Positions 1-14,619 of a stretch of 47,708 nucleotides of DNA are shown here, piece after piece. Where the stretch lies: positions 1 to 47,708 of the forward strand of contig JYFJ02003019.1 of assembly GCA_000934665.2 (NCBI GenBank), in the 5' to 3' direction. Position numbers and translations under genes: made by a program. How positions within the stretch are numbered: position 1 is the first letter of the stretch; each line of letters opens with the position of its first letter. The notes below the pieces were generated by a model, which saw only the letters and a program-made list of their open reading frames with translations, was not told the DNA's origin and searched no databases. The DNA comes from Catajapyx aquilonaris (lineage: Eukaryota).

Positions 1-345
1 TCGGATGCGTATGTTTCCCTGATTTTAGCCCTTCTTATTAACATTCCAATTCTAGACTCTCATTTGATTAGCAAGTCGCTTCATTTCCACCTTAATAAAA
101 ACCTTGACTGCGGCTCCTAGCAACAGGATTACCACGTGAACTGTGGCTAAAAACTAATGAAGAAAATGATAAAGGGCGTCTTACTTCAAGATGAGTTGTA
201 GATGAGATTTAAACTGATACCAAATATCGCTCTGAAAAGTCGAATCGTTTAGTGGATGCATTACAGTCCATATTTTTGTGATAGCCTATGCAGCGAAATA
301 TTACTATAGACTTCTTGATATCAGCAGCTAGTGGTCGCCTTATGG

Positions 346-624
346 ATACTCTCCGATTCTCATAAGTCCGAACCTTTTCGGGTATACAAACGCGGGTGAG
401 TCGCAGCAAAATTAGTCCCCGGTATCGCTGGCTTTCTCGAAGAAACAGTGCTCGTACATGTAATTCGAATGGCTAATTATCATGGGCAGCCCATGCGGTA
501 GCTACAGCGCCACACAAAATGCACATTTTGATGTGAGGAGCGGTATGGTCCGGCATGGTGGGAACTACTTTCGAGCGTATATGGATATCCAAAAAGGTTC
601 GGACTTATGCGAATCTGAGAGTAT
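346..624. mobile_element. Degenerate inverted-repeat (MITE-like) element
   Basis: About 40-bp arms ATACTCTCCGATTCTCATAAGTCCGAACCTTTTCGGGTAT (346-385) and GATATCCAAAAAGGTTCGGACTTATGCGAATCTGAGAGTAT (584-624). Confidence 0.6.
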
Positions 625-3600
625 ATGATGGATATTGATATAGGCAGACAAAGGGTTTAATACTTCAATCGGTTTATGCCAGAAAGGTTAAAGGTCTTTA
701 CAGGGATCTCTTCCAATGTAATAGACCCTGTGTACTTCAATGCCATATACAGCTATAAGATATTCCAATGGGAAATCAACAAACATAACGAAAGAACACT
801 TCTTGTAAATTAAGCTAATGGTGTTACACACAAAATGGAAACATGATGACATATTCAATATTGTCCAGCAATTTAGTCACCATTAACGTATAGCTACTTT
901 CGCACTCAGAGAGTTGTTCAGAGTGAGCTCAGATCCGCTGCCTGCTACAAATGTTTGAAATGTTTGAAACTTGGGGTAACAAATTAAAATAACATCAACA
1001 TAATTAAATGCCATTGAGGCCGGTAACGGTACTGTAGTGGAAAAGGTAAACTATTATCCACATAAACCTACCTGAACAAAGCCCTGGAGGTAGATAAAAT
1101 GCCAAAAAAATACCGCCTCTACTTTCCACAGTATTTCTTCTGCAGTACCATAATTCTGAGATGAAATACAACTCTTGCCCTTTATTAGTTCACGAACTTA
1201 TGCAGTATGCATCTTAATCGGAAGACCATTCGGATATCCCAACCCAGAGTCATGTGGCTTAATATGCTTTCCTCTGTTGAGTCCCCAAGCTTGCAACTCG
1301 AGGGGCTAGTAGTTGATAAACAACAAGAATAAAACTTTGATGTGGGCATCGATCCGGCAACTCCACTCACTACTAGAGGTATGAAACCACCAAACCACCA
1401 CTACCACCAACAGCAGCACCCCTCGGGCCACGTCTCTGCCTGCCCCAGCCATCAATTATTCAACCTGCTTAGCAACTACACGAACACATCATCTCCAGGA
1501 CTCATTAACCGAGAGAGCAAAAGGGCGTGGTCACGGACACCTCCTCAACATTTGCGCAACATCCTCCTTTTCAGCCTATTTGCACAGGAGGAGAGGGGTC
1601 TGACAGAGTTCAATCTTGTGGAGAGCTGGCCAACTGAGTGGGATGTTTACCACAGGAGGCCACGGCTCCCACACACCACTGGTGTCATCAATCACCCTGT
1701 GCTGTACCCGACCAGTTTGAGGCATTCACAATTAAATCTTGCCAGATGACGCTTGTCTAACACCATGCCCTTTTGCCTCCCCACCAGTTCATATTAAGGG
1801 CTTTATGATAGCCTATCAATACCCCGGCTCATTCGATACCTAACATCAACTTCTAAAAGTACCCACCATGGTCGAGGAGTTTGTGTATATACTGTATGGT
1901 ACAGGTCTCGCAACTTCCCCTCTTATCGCATGGATCTTTAGAATCCCACCCGGCCGCTGATCCACTAAGTCGAGAAACGACACTACCCTACTGTGGCAAA
2001 TATTATTACTATTATTAGAACGGATGATGAGAACGTGGATTCCAACAGGCCCCAGTGCAAAGGAACGAACGGACCAAGATTTGAATGGGCGGTTTGGGAG
2101 TCTTGGTCCGCCATGTTGCGCCACCAGATTCGCTGTGTACCGATTGTTGGATGTAGATACCCTAGTTGGATGACGTAACTGAAGGAACAGGCCAAGCGCC
2201 GAAACTAAAGCGAAGCGGCAACCCACCTAACTACTGGTATGCCGCTCTAAGTTCACGGGGATTTGACGGGGAAACATATATTTTTAAAAACGGATTTGCA
2301 GTGGGGTGGTACCCACAGAACCCTATTCGCCGCAACTTGGGAGAGAGTACTCTCTCATGTAATGAACTTGTCAAATAAAGCGTCGTCCAAACTATGACAA
2401 TAAATTTTTTGGACAAATAGTATACGCAGCCCACTGCCAAGTTCAGCAGGTATATCCAAATGTGCAAACGATGTATTTCCATTATCCCTCATTATTTTGC
2501 TGCCTCTAATACAAATGGCAACAAGTTGGTCCCCCGAAAAAGCTCTAGTCACCTAGCACAGTTCAAAACAAACCCATTTTCCTTCCCTGCACTCTTAACT
2601 CAATTATCAATTATTCATAGATTGTACATAACTCACCATCTTCGGGGTACATTCGTTGGGCACCCGCTACACATGAGGCCACCCTAACCTGCACCTCGCC
2701 ACCCATCACTATCGGGCCGTCTGCACCACCTGCCTATACTTACGCTCCCAACCCACTACTTGAGCCTCTGATTGATTGGCCGCCTCTAGCTAGCAGGCTA
2801 CCTTATCTACCTGCTACAACTACGCACGGGTGGCAAGCCGAATGGAAACCTTGCCGCATTACTGAATATGCATTGGAATAAATTTTACTGGCCTATTTAA
2901 GTGTGATTGATAGTGTTGTAGTTGTGTACCACCACTCGATATTGGGTATCAACCTAGGGCTAAAACTCATTTTTGTTCTGCAAATTTGCCCGATAGCTTT
3001 ATGTAAAACGGGGCACCTCGTGGCGAATACAGGTGGTGTTTTCCGAGAGAGAGAGACCTTGTACTGGAAAGCTTATTTCATAAACAACCTCTAGAGTCCC
3101 TCATGTAATCAGGCCCAAAATGTGGCCTAGCGCAGAGCTTTCAATCTCTTTTTATGACAGCGTGTCCTTGGACTTCTCCGGATGCTCAGTTTGGAAATTA
3201 CATTACATGTAACTGAACCAGAGAGAGAGGCAATAATCAAACTACAAGTAGTAAAGTCAGGATTTGTTTCATCAGGCATAAAATCAATACTGGCTTAAAT
3301 CGACGCCCTTCGCTATAACTTGACAGCCCAAATGCGAGCCTAATCTGGTAAGTAAATCACAAGATATACGAAGGCGATGGGAGCTCCAAAAAATATCACC
3401 TACAAAGAAAATGGCGCAAAATAATTGGTTATTAGACGAAGCCGGTTAAAGAAAGCAGACTCAACCATCGAAGTACCAAGCTTTTGTACACTACGTATAT
3501 AGTGTGTATATTATCGGGTGCGTATAAGGGGGGAAACATGTGTATACAGTGGACAGACACTCTTGACCGAGGAAACTATTGACGACTTTGCTAGAAGGCC

Positions 3601-4745
3601 ATCGACATTAACAATCTCTCCGAAAACCCATACAACTTGCGATGAATAAATCAACATGCAAAAAAGAAAAAAAGAAAAAAAAACCTTCGCTCAACAAGGT
3701 TACCCCCGAACACAGCGCCATGCGGAACATATTCATTATTCTGCATGGAAATACTTGGCATGTTTCAAATGAAAAGCACATTATCACATGCTAATTAGCT
3801 GACCATTATGCCTGCCATGCAAATAATCAATTCTATTTATTTCGAATAACGGCTGTCTCCCAATTACTCTTCGTTAGCAATCTACATAAAGTGACTCTGA
3901 TTGTTATACCCAGTCATCCGTACAGTACTATACTGGTACTAATGTGCTACTTTCATTAACATTCAGCAATCTGCAAAGCTTTGTAGAAATTAACGATATA
4001 TGCGGCTGTTGAAGTACTTCACAATGATGAAGGGCTAATAGAGAAGGAAATAGTCTAACTGATGCATTCCGACATATGTACGATAACAACGCAACAACAA
4101 AAAACTGATTTGCCCTGTTAGGTTATTATACAGTCTACAATATTATGGTGGTGGTATGTAGAACCAGTTGATGGCAACATGAAACAAACAGCTCGTGCTC
4201 ATGCTATGTTGCCATATACTGTATAGTGAAACATTATTAATCCAAACAACGTAACGGAAAGAAAATAAGGAAAAAAAAAGTTTTACTACCTTCGTACAGC
4301 AACCACAATATGCAACATTGTGCAGAATTGCAAATGAATCCAGCCTTTTTCCCCAACAGACCTACCTATACGTATTCTGTTTCACATCTTCCTATTTGTT
4401 TTATTACGTAACATTACCTTGTGTAGAAACAAAGTGATTATGACGTAATGCAATTATTAAAGACTCATCCAATTACACTACTTCGCACGCGGCTGTCATT
4501 AAATAGCATGTCAGGTGAGTGGTTCAAAAGGTCACACGCCCATATTCGTTCCATACAGACGCCCGCATATGCAACACTGGCTGTACTTATTGACAGAAAC
4601 ATATGCGGTTTTTATTATGCAGTTCGGAGGTTTTTTTGGCAGTTGTGGGAATGAATTTCACCACGATGCAGTGTAGCCTATAGCCTAAAACTATAGCACT
4701 GTGTGGTCACGTTTCGTTCCGGTTATTTGATGCAGCAGCAGCACC

Positions 4746-4826
<81 letters not shown>
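4746..4826. repeat. (AAT)n microsatellite
   Basis: Direct reading. Confidence 0.95.
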
Positions 4827-4827
<1 letters not shown>

Positions 4828-5338
4828 GTCATTTAACAAATGCGATGAGCAGTTACGGATGTTGTTTCTTTTGCGAATATTCCTGTTGGCTGATTCTAGT
4901 CTTGCGTGCCGTAAAGCTATTACTAGGTAGAGGGCTCTTGTTATGCAACTGCTAATAAAGTATTCGGAGAAATAAAATTCCAGCCAAGAAGAAATCTACC
5001 TGTAGCTCATTATTTTTCGTAACGTATAGGCTCGAAAAACCGGAACAAATAATTGCAAATCTGGTGAGCTTCTCATCATCTCGCATTACGCATTCGCAGA
5101 AATCCTGAGTAATACAGTATTTCAAGTTCCATATTAATTTTTGTGGCAAGAGGATGCGCTCCTTATTTAGTCCTCGCTACCATAATAATATTGCAGAGTA
5201 AACTTCTAAAGGCAGGTTAAAATGATCACACATTCCCAGCAAAAATATTATGTAAGCTACACGCACACGAATGCTCCATATGTATCCATTTCATTCCATC
5301 ACCTGTGATTTTTCTTATCAATAAATTATCACATCCTA

Positions 5339-5458
5339 CACTCTAAGAAATGTCCGGGTTAAATGTATTTATCCCGGAAAAAATATCACTTTTGTCGTGG
5401 TTATTTAACCCGGACATTTCTTAGTAATGGTTATTTAACCCGGACATTTCTTAGAGTG
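5339..5458. mobile_element. 120-bp MITE with TA TSD and a tandemly duplicated right TIR
   Basis: TA|CACTCTAAGAAATGTCCGGGTTAAAT ... ATTTAACCCGGACATTTCTTAGAGTG|TA; TGGTTATTTAACCCGGACATTTCTTAG occurs twice at 30-bp spacing. Confidence 0.85.
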
Positions 5459-5569
5459 TATACATTCCATTTCCACTTTTATTTCGTATCTGAATGGAGA
5501 GAACATGAAAATTATTACCGTCACTCTACTAATTTACACACGGCGTTTCCTTCGTAAAGTAGGCTTAGC

Positions 5570-5630
<61 letters not shown>

Positions 5631-5755
5631 GTAATAATACAGTAATACAGGAAGATAGGGTAGGAGGAGAAATTAGAAAATATTAGCCCCTGTCCGATAC
5701 TTTCCGGCACACACATGTTCACCAGGTTGCGTGTCACCCAGGATAAGTTACGGTT
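5570..5755 (-). mobile_element. Possible 3' end of a retroelement with an (ATT)n tail
   Basis: (AAT)n at 5570-5630 abuts a GC-richer unique segment; only a 7-bp flanking repeat (TAGGCTT); no second copy in the window. Confidence 0.35.
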
Positions 5756-7856
5756 TTACATTTATAAGGTTACTCAAATATTAGGCTTGTCCCGGCGAAC
5801 CCCTTCATACAAAGGTGTTGGAGCAGTTGGCTGGTAAGTATTAAAAATCCAGCATAGTGTGTAAAGATCAAAGTTGTGACAGAGTGAGTTTTCAAAATGA
5901 TCCAGACACGACGACGCGACATCTCGCATTCACTGATTATTCTCATTTCACTTAGCCTACGCTGTTCTTTTCATCAGCTGCTGACAATGACTACATACTT
6001 TTTCCATTATCCGGAGGCTTTGTCAGTGCTATTTTAGATACATGAACAGCCAATCAGTGCACTGACAAAATGTCAATCGATTCGCTGGTAAGAATCTCAT
6101 TATAACCAGGCTAATAAAATATATCATATGGATATTATAAAAGGCCTTTCTGTCACGTAACGAGACACAAGCTTTAGGAGTACTACCAAGAAATTAAAGC
6201 AATATGCACCTGATCATTTCTTCTGCTGTGTGGTTATAACTGTTGTAGCAGCCGGTTCTCAAGCAACAATATGTTATTCCTGTCATAAATTCGCATTCAT
6301 GGGAAGGACCTTTATTTCTCGAAATTATCTTGGGAAATGTTAGCATGCACTACATGAGTAATCTAGGCACATTTTATCTATGGCCTCACTGTCAGTGTTT
6401 AAGTTTAGTCGAGGTTATCTTAAAGAGTGCAAACTTATCTTTCTTTGTACACACCGTAGATATTAAACACACAAGATAATGTTATAGTTCTTGCACCCTA
6501 GCTACAAAAATAGAAGCGAAAAGAGTATATCTATTTATGGGACTGCCTGCCGGGAGGTAACAATGAACCTTTATTGAAACAAGGTTTTCTGACGAAACTG
6601 CTAATGAGGGAAGACCATTAAATAATTCAAAAGTATAATTTTCTAAATATTCGGGCAAACAAATGTGAATACAGTAACAGTAGTTAATGTTCAGCTAAGA
6701 AATAACTAGATCATATTGTAGCACTGTAAGCAAACAAAGAAAATTACAAAAACTCTTTGCGTACTGTAGAGTAGAGTCATACCAGCAAAATACCGTGTAA
6801 GCAGGCAGTTAGAAGTGAATGCTGCGGTGGCGGAACATTACACAATATCCAGTGATAAAAATAGGATATACGCTATGCTATTCCACCCGTTGGGTTGAAT
6901 AAAAAATAAGTTCGGAAGTCACGTTCGTCATCTAGAAACTTTCTAACACTACCCTAAGCACGAACATGTAGCCAAACTTTTCTCTTGACGTTCCCTCCAA
7001 TAAGAATCGTCAACACTAATTTGCATTTAAATGTTTTTAAATTAGAAAGAAATACCTGTGAGGTCTGCCTAAATGAAGGTGCAGGTAACGAAGGAATGAC
7101 AAGTGTGATTCTTTCTGAGCTGTCGAAATGAAGGAGGCAAGCATGTCCTCACACTGCAAAGTCAGTTAAAATTAATGTGTTCACTGTACAATATGTACAA
7201 AACTCTAAACTGGAAGATAATGTTTCTTAAATGTACATCTGAATTATCGGAGTCTGTCAGCAGAGCGCTGTAATTTTGCTGCAAACCTATCCAACTCTTA
7301 CCACAATGATATGCGAGGTCTCACCAACGCTTCTGTGTACTGTTATATAAGTCAGCGCCTCGTTTCTCATTGCCTGTCGGTTTCTACAGGTATTGCAAGC
7401 GAGTGTAAGGCTTTATTCTGCGATCAATTTCGGGTGACTGGCGAACCTATGCTTGTTTTGCAAGTGGCGACGAGTTATGTATGGCCCAATAATTCTGCTG
7501 ACTGGTTTCTGTTGACTGGAAAATCTAGACCCAAGTACGGCTTCCTATACCCACGCATTATCTTTAGAAATGCGAGCGCTTATTGCCCACTCAATTTGCC
7601 TCCCTCCAGCAGAACTACCTCCATTCCCCCATCCATTCCCTCCAATGAACCGCATATGTGCGGTTTATATTAAATTGGGCCTGCCTTGATCAAGTCTCAT
7701 TGCTACGGATTACTGAATGCAAAACAAGCAAATAAGTTAGTCAGTGATAGGTCTACCTATCCACAACGGACTCTGGACACAGCTGAAACTTGTCCATTAT
7801 GGTCCCGGCGCGGAGCGGGATTTTCAATATGTTTCTCTCGTATAATGAATAGACCC

Positions 7857-8116
7857 TAATATGAGGGGTATGGTGGGAAAATGTGAGAAACATTTTTGTC
7901 ATTTTGGACCTAAACACCAAGCAACTATGTAGAAGACATCACAAACAGTTTGGTATACTCCAAGTTCACATATCATGCACGAGAGGGCAGCACGGACTCG
8001 TAGATCAAACCGGCATTCCCTATGATTTTGTGAAGAGAATGCAAACTTAAATTCGCTCTCCTGAAAAATTACACTTTTGTGGGTTATCACCTTTTTCTAC
8101 CACACCCATCATATTA
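7857..8116. mobile_element. About 260-bp MITE, copy 1
   Basis: TIRs TAATATGAGGGGTATGGTGGGAAAA / TTTTCTACCACACCCATCATATTA; a homologous copy lies in inverted orientation at 40733-40990. Confidence 0.85.
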
Positions 8117-11100
8117 GTCTATATTATACTGATATATGATAGTCACATGTACTGTAAATACTGAAAGCGATTATTAGTCGCGGCCCCATCAAGGAGGTTC
8201 CACATCCCGGAAACATCACGAACAATTCTAGCGTGACGAATTCAGGATCACGCATTTCCTCAAATTATGCATTACGTATCAACTATTAAACTCCTCGCTA
8301 TCAATCAGCAGAAGACGAGCGGGATCAACAGTCTTTCCGCTGAGGTCATCCTGAACACCCCAGTCCTTCACTACTGTATACAACTGGAATATAAAGCAAG
8401 TTGGGAGAGTTTTAAAAAATGTTTTTAATGATGGAGGTTACTTCTGCCTCTGTAAATCCAAACCATTTTCACCTTGCTGGCTGCGGTGTTAAAAACACCA
8501 TTGGAGCTAGAAGTGTAATTGAGGTGGACAAAAGCGACCTATATCCCATCTGAAAACCGGTAAACCTGTTTGCTGACGCCCAGACAATGAAAATCCAGGA
8601 TCGACAATCGAATCTTAGCCAACCGTATAATAGTAATCACCCCTCGATGATACTTCTACAGCCGCCCAGGCCAATGCCCTTTTTCCGCACTGTGACGCTA
8701 ATAACGCAGCATTGCAGAGGATTCATTTTTGCACTCCAATGCCCACCACAAATATATCCCCCAGATAGCTTAATCAGATGATCATTTTTGAAGAAATCCG
8801 GAAGAATGCTTTAAAAAAGGAAGTAACTGGATGCTATATGCGTGATAAGAAATGTTCGTGCGTTGCGTGCTGTCAGGGCACAACGTACCGGGCTAGATCC
8901 TACACACCTGATAGCTGTCGCAGGAAGGACTGTAAACGATATTCACAGAGAAATTACCCCACCTGTTTTGTCCCATCACAATAGCTAAGAAGTAATGGCT
9001 ATTTTTGTCACTGTTGGAAAGGGAGGTATGACGTCACAAAGTGGCGCGAAGATGGGAACTTCAGGGGTTGGGGNGGGGGGGGATGAAAGGAAGGATCGAT
9101 CCTGGGGATTGTTATCGATTGAGGGCGGGGTTTCCTATAAACGCATGTGTGTCTTTGGCAAAGCGATGCCCCCGCCACTAACCCCCAACGCCAACCTCAC
9201 GTCCAGCCATAGAGGCATGGTTTCCAAAAGCATTCCTCTTCGTATTCTTTTGGATGTTCATATCAGCTGACGCTTTTGACACCCAGAATATCGACAACCA
9301 TGCGTGATTCTGGTCTTCCCACACCAAATTATCATGTCACAGATGCCACTAATATCATCCCATTGCATTGGGATGATTATAAGGTGCGTACGATATGATG
9401 GGAAGCACCTGCTAAATGGCAACCAAAAACTCCGAAAACCCATTGTTTTACGAACTTATTGGTTGCACAGGAGTGATAAGTGTACTTAATTATGCTATAT
9501 GTCACATGCAAATGCAATATTGGCTTAATTCATTAATATCCTTAATAAAACTTAATGAATGGCTAATGTAAATGTAAAAGAGTGGTATATATGAACGTAC
9601 TAACTGTTAAGTCTGAAACCTTACAGACTGACTGGAAAAACGTGATTTTGGTGTCAGTTCGGTGAAAATTCACGGAAATCCGAACTCTCTCACAAAGCCC
9701 CTGCGCTGGTTGCAGCAGAATCGCTTGCATTCCGATAAAATCACGTGCAACCAGACCGATATATTGTATACTCAGCTTGGTACTCAGAGACAGAAGAACA
9801 TTTTCAGAGACAGTTGCACTGAGAACATTCTCATACAGGGGGTGGAAGAAAGTTTTGTCAGAATTTATTGTAACAATGGGGTTGACGAAAAATATACTGA
9901 CGTCACGTGAGTCCAAGGTGTGTATCATATGTACAGGGTCATTGAAAAAGAATGCGCGTATTTTAAAACCCTATAACTCGAAGACTTTGTAGACATATCT
10001 TAGTCATTTAAGTTTTGAAATACTAAGAAAGGTCTAAAGTTTTGGTCTCACTTTAGTTTAAAATCTGCCTTCTGGGTTTTTAAAAAATGAAAAGATTTAA
10101 TCACACCTCGTGCATTTTGTGGCACAAGACATATCGCGACCATTATTGCTTTGTGTTGGCCTGAAGCTATTTACAGGGCCATGTGCAGGTCTATACGTCT
10201 ACTGAATGAGAGGACATTTTAACCCTATACCTGAAGAGACGCTGAGTGCACTAACTTCGCAGAATGGCACTTTAGAGTTTAGAGTACCGTATTGAAGAGA
10301 GGAATTTTGTAACCGAAGTTGCGAAGTTTTCCAGGGTTTTCGCTACATGGCATGCCTGTCGAAAGAGAAGGAACACGGTTGCATGTATAATGCAGTCCTC
10401 TCATGTTAGTTATTTCCTCGTGTAAACTTTTTCTGTTCAGACTAGGTCAAAGTAGGGAAGGTGAAGTGAGCAGGAGGCGTGACTTGTCACAAGTGAGTCA
10501 AGGTGGTGTGAAAAGGATGTCGCGATACTTTCGCTAAGAGTTAAACTGCCTCATTATCTCTTCCGGTAAAAAAACAACAAAAGGTAGGGCTAAGAACTTA
10601 ATGGCGTCCGTTCTTCATTGATCTACAGTACATTATCTGTTGAGTGATGGTCTTTTCATAAAATGTTTCTTACGTCATGTTCAAAGTCTATATCGTTTTT
10701 CCATATATTACTGACATATGTAGACATCTACTTCCTAACATGCTAATAAAATATACGGTAACATTAAAGTTATGTATAATAAATAGGTTGCAAAATTGTG
10801 TAGTTAATATGAAATTCATTAAACGAAAAACTATGATGAACAGTAATTACACATATTACGCGGTACACTGAATGCTCTAATATATTGCATAAAGGTATAT
10901 ATATTAGCTGCTGCAATCATGCCAAAATAGTATGGAGTATACGGTATATGAAATTGAAATAAAGTGAAACCTGCCTCTAGCATACCTAACGGGGGGAAAC
11001 TTGTGTATTAATTGAAAAAATTAGCGAGAAGAAACGATTCCGCTTAGCAAGCACCACTGTGCGCACAAGGCGGACACTTAAATCCCTCAGCATGAATTGT

Positions 11101-11529
11101 ATCATCCACTAGGTGCTTGTGCATAATTCAGGTGCATATGTGCATAATTTTACTTATTGGATGGGATGTTACATAAAAATTAATAGTCTAATACATGGTA
11201 TTAATTTAGTGCATTAAGTTTTTGACGTATTTGCCCAATTTCAACATTCGCCTTCACATTTAAATGCAGAATGTGTGAAAAGCTATAATCACATTTTTTA
11301 AAATTCGTAATTTGTATTCGAATGGCAAACGACGCTGCTTAATTATTCAAGTGCAAAGCCTGTGAATATTAAAATCCTCGTATAGGGCATTAAAGGACTA
11401 TTTTCCATTTTCTGCCTGTTTAAATTTTCATGTGTCTAGCAGTGTTCAAGCTAGATTAACAAAGTACCTAAGCAAGTTATAACTGTTCACGACAGGCTTA
11501 TCAATACGTATTACCTCTGGTATTACATA

Positions 11530-11696
11530 CAGAGTGTTCCAGATTTGTGGGTCACTTTTTAATAACTGACATCTCCCGATAGCAGTTATTTTTGTAGCTT
11601 GTTATGCCCCTAACCCATTCGTGCCCACTGGGGGTCGAATATAGCATTGGGCGATATCAGTTATTAAAAAGTGACCCCCGAATCTGGAACACCCTG
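11530..11696. mobile_element. Tc1/mariner-type MITE
   Basis: About 40-bp TIRs CAGAGTGTTCCAGATTTGTGGGTCACTTTTTAATAACTGA / TCAGTTATTAAAAAGTGACCCCCGAATCTGGAACACCCTG, with TA on the left flank. Confidence 0.8.
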
Positions 11697-12087
11697 GTAA
11701 AATCGCCGTCGATAAATAACTGAATCTAAAAAATTACGCGAATGATATTTAACGCCATCGTTAGTTATGTCAGTTAAACAGTCGCTAGGTAAAATTGCGC
11801 ACACACTCTCCTAAATGTGCACAATATATTAGGTTCGATTGAATAATATTATATAGAGAGTGCATATTTCCTACCTGAGAGTTATTCATGTCATAATATA
11901 TTGACGTACGCATAATTTGACGTGCGCACATTACATTCGCTGGAAGGGTTTTAATTTTGAACACGGAACTCTTATTAGGTGAACAACGCACAATCCTCCG
12001 CAGCAGGCCATGAATAATTTTCCTTCATTAGTGCACCTCATCTGTTACAGGGATACCTATATGTGTTGCATATTTCGATGCACCTAT

Positions 12088-12334
12088 GGGACGTACGGTG
12101 GTGCAGTGATTAGCGCCACAGCCTTCCACCTCTGAGGTCCCGCGTTCGATCCCCTGGTCGGACAGTGGATACTTATGTGGTTGGGTTCTCTCCGTGTTCA
12201 CGTGTGTTTTCCCTGGGCTCCCACTATCAAAACCCATCGGAGTACAGGCAAATGATTAAAGTCGGGTATTTAAAAGGCGATCCCCTAAAAGGCCCAAGAA
12301 GGCCTATCACGGGATATCTATCTATCTATCTATC

Positions 12335-12403
<69 letters not shown>
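12088..12403 (+). mobile_element. tRNA-derived SINE, family A (V-domain-like body), full length
   Basis: A box TGGTGCAGTGATTAG, B box GTTCGATCC, body similar to 16585-16830, (TATC)n(ATT)n tail, TSD TATTTCGATGC[A/G]CCT at 12071-12085 and 12404-12418. Confidence 0.9.
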
Positions 12404-12407
<4 letters not shown>

Positions 12408-13279
12408 TCGATGCGCCTTCAGGGAACACCAAACAAATCACGGAGAAAACAACTTTGCATAAATTCGGCGTTCTCAAATTTCTATCATTGTTTTTCTCGC
12501 ACTAAATAGTACCAGTTTGTGGCATATTAATTTTTCAATAATTCTGCCTAATATACTGTATATAGACGTCTTTACGCTTTTTCGAGGAATTTCCCTATAA
12601 GAGTAGGCCTACTATTAGCTCTTCGTGTACGACGCAATCCTACAGACGTACAGTACGCAATGGCGTACACTGGCAACAAGTGGGCAGGATCGGAAATGAC
12701 GGCTCTGGTGCCATGGAACTTCGATTCGGATTGTGTACAGATCCCACGCTGAGCTTTGTGTGTGAAACACAATCACCGCTAGGAATACTGCTTCACGTTA
12801 CACGTGCCACACTATAACTTGATAATAACAATTAGCTATGTGGAAGAGCCCGGGCATAATAATGGGACAAGACGACAGAAGCAGCTTTTAGAGTATACGC
12901 TTAGCTGCGTTCCACAGCGTGAAAACCCAGACTTCGTGATGAATCTCGATAGCTCGCAGGAAAATGAACATTTATCCCCCACGTTAGTAGACCAGCAAGG
13001 GATGCTCCGTTAGAGCAGTGTGATTATACAGGACGCTAATTAAGTAATGCAACGTAGTCTCACGACCCACAATATTGTCGCAAAGTGTAGTTAAGCTTCA
13101 GGGATTCGCTACAGATACTGATGTGCGATAACGCAATGAGTAAAAATGTTACTCATATGTACCTCTTGGGGCACTTTTCACTGAAGAAAAAATATAAAAG
13201 ACACCATAAAAGTAACCTACACCCATTTTTAACTATATTAAGCTCCAGTCGCAGGAACAATTCTATAGGTGTGGTCGAC

Positions 13280-13358
13280 GTAACTCTTGGTTGAGGATCG
13301 AACCCATGACCTTGGGTGTGAAACTAGGTGGTAGCCTTATCCGCTGTACCCCCATCCT
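13280..13358 (-). mobile_element. Degenerate tRNA-like SINE head fragment
   Basis: Minus strand GGGGTACAGCGGATAAGG...GGTCATGGGTTCGATCCTC (A/B-box spacing); no intact cloverleaf. Confidence 0.45.
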
Positions 13359-13594
13359 CTGACATTTGGACTATCTAATACAATCGTCATGTCAGGTAGA
13401 CCAATAACACAAAATGGCATTCTCGTACAATATGACGCAAAGTCAGCAATGAGAATCTGGTTAGTTGAAAACAATGTTGCTATGCATTTTGTATAGTAGT
13501 TGTTGCCAAAAAAGACCTTACAGTATATCAGGAATACTGCATAGTTTCTTTACTTCACATGTGGCTGTTCTCAGCAAATCACAGCGTGACACAC

Positions 13595-13935
13595 CTTTTT
13601 TTCTTATACCCCATTAGAGAGAACTGTGCCCTTTTCAGGGGTGGCACACCACCATATTTTCAATTTTCAAGTGATTTTTTCTTCAAGGTCCGTGCAGAGA
13701 AGAAAGGACATGAAGTAAGGATGGGAAATTTTAGGGGAGGAGACACGGGTGCTGGTGCAATGTCTGAAACAGGGTCATGTGCAGTCTCCCTGTAGGTTAG
13801 GTTGCCAGACGCCTCCAAGGCGCGGGTTAGAGACCCTCCTGAAGCAGGCGAAAGGAACTCCCGGGCGGGGATCGAACCCGGGACCTTCCGCTCAGCAAGC
13901 CGAGTCGTTATCAACTCGGCCACCATGCCTCCCAT
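13595..13935 (-). mobile_element. tRNA-derived SINE, family C, full length
   Basis: Minus strand GGGAGGCATGGTGGCCGAGTTGATAAC...GGGTTCGATCCCC; similar to 21000-21359; A-rich tail; perfect TSD GCGTGACACAC at 13584-13594 and 13936-13946. Confidence 0.9.
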
Positions 13936-14555
13936 GCGTGACACACGTTTCTAATAGATATGACGCATAATGCAATTGAACGATCGTTATTGGATTGAGT
14001 CAGGAATTAGGCACTTCCATGCGCAGAATGAAGACGGGCAGATGCTCCAGATTAATGCTGCCGGGAATTGTCATTTTGATCGCAACCTGTCATTTTCTCT
14101 CCCGCTGGCGTTTAGCCGCAGATAACTCTGACTCGCCGTTCAGCATCAGACTACTCTAGAAGTTACAACGCGCGCAGTTGTCCAATAAATCACTGAGAGC
14201 GATTATTATGGCTGGTAGTCCTGTACATGATGCCGCGGGCAGGAGCAGAGATCACTTTCCGTGTGCTCGTAGTCCAGGGTTAATTTTGTTAAGCGCTGTA
14301 ATTCGCACAAAACTCAGGTTTCTCCCTTTCAGAATTAACCTTCCTAGAAAAATGATTTTGGAAAATTATGATACGTGCCTAGTACCACAGGTGCAGGATA
14401 CCATTCATATAGTAGAAAAGTACCCCGGTGTTGTGCTGAAAAATGTATACAGTTGAGGCGCTACAGCAGCCCTGTAAAGTTTGGGCAACAACTTCTAAAT
14501 AGCTATTGTAGTAATGTTAAAACTTAAAAGTGACTCGGACTATATATATATATAT

Positions 14556-14619
14556 ATTTCTCTGTCCATACTAAACATTATATTGCAATATAATGTTTAG
14601 TATATATTGACAGAGAAAT
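14556..14619. repeat. Perfect 36-bp palindrome with 11-bp outer arms
   Basis: ATACTAAACATTATATTG|CAATATAATGTTTAGTAT at 14568-14603; ATTTCTCTGTC / GACAGAGAAAT flanks. Confidence 0.9.

Noticed and set aside
9631..9670. DWKNVIL peptide resembling Tc1 WxxVxFSDE
   Set aside because: The catalytic SDE is missing and no further transposase motifs follow; a lone TACAGGGT end near 9933 has no partner.
3528..11008. Shared GGGGGGAAAC[A/T]TGTGTAT at about 3528 and 10988
   Set aside because: Only about 18 bp; the flanks do not align convincingly.
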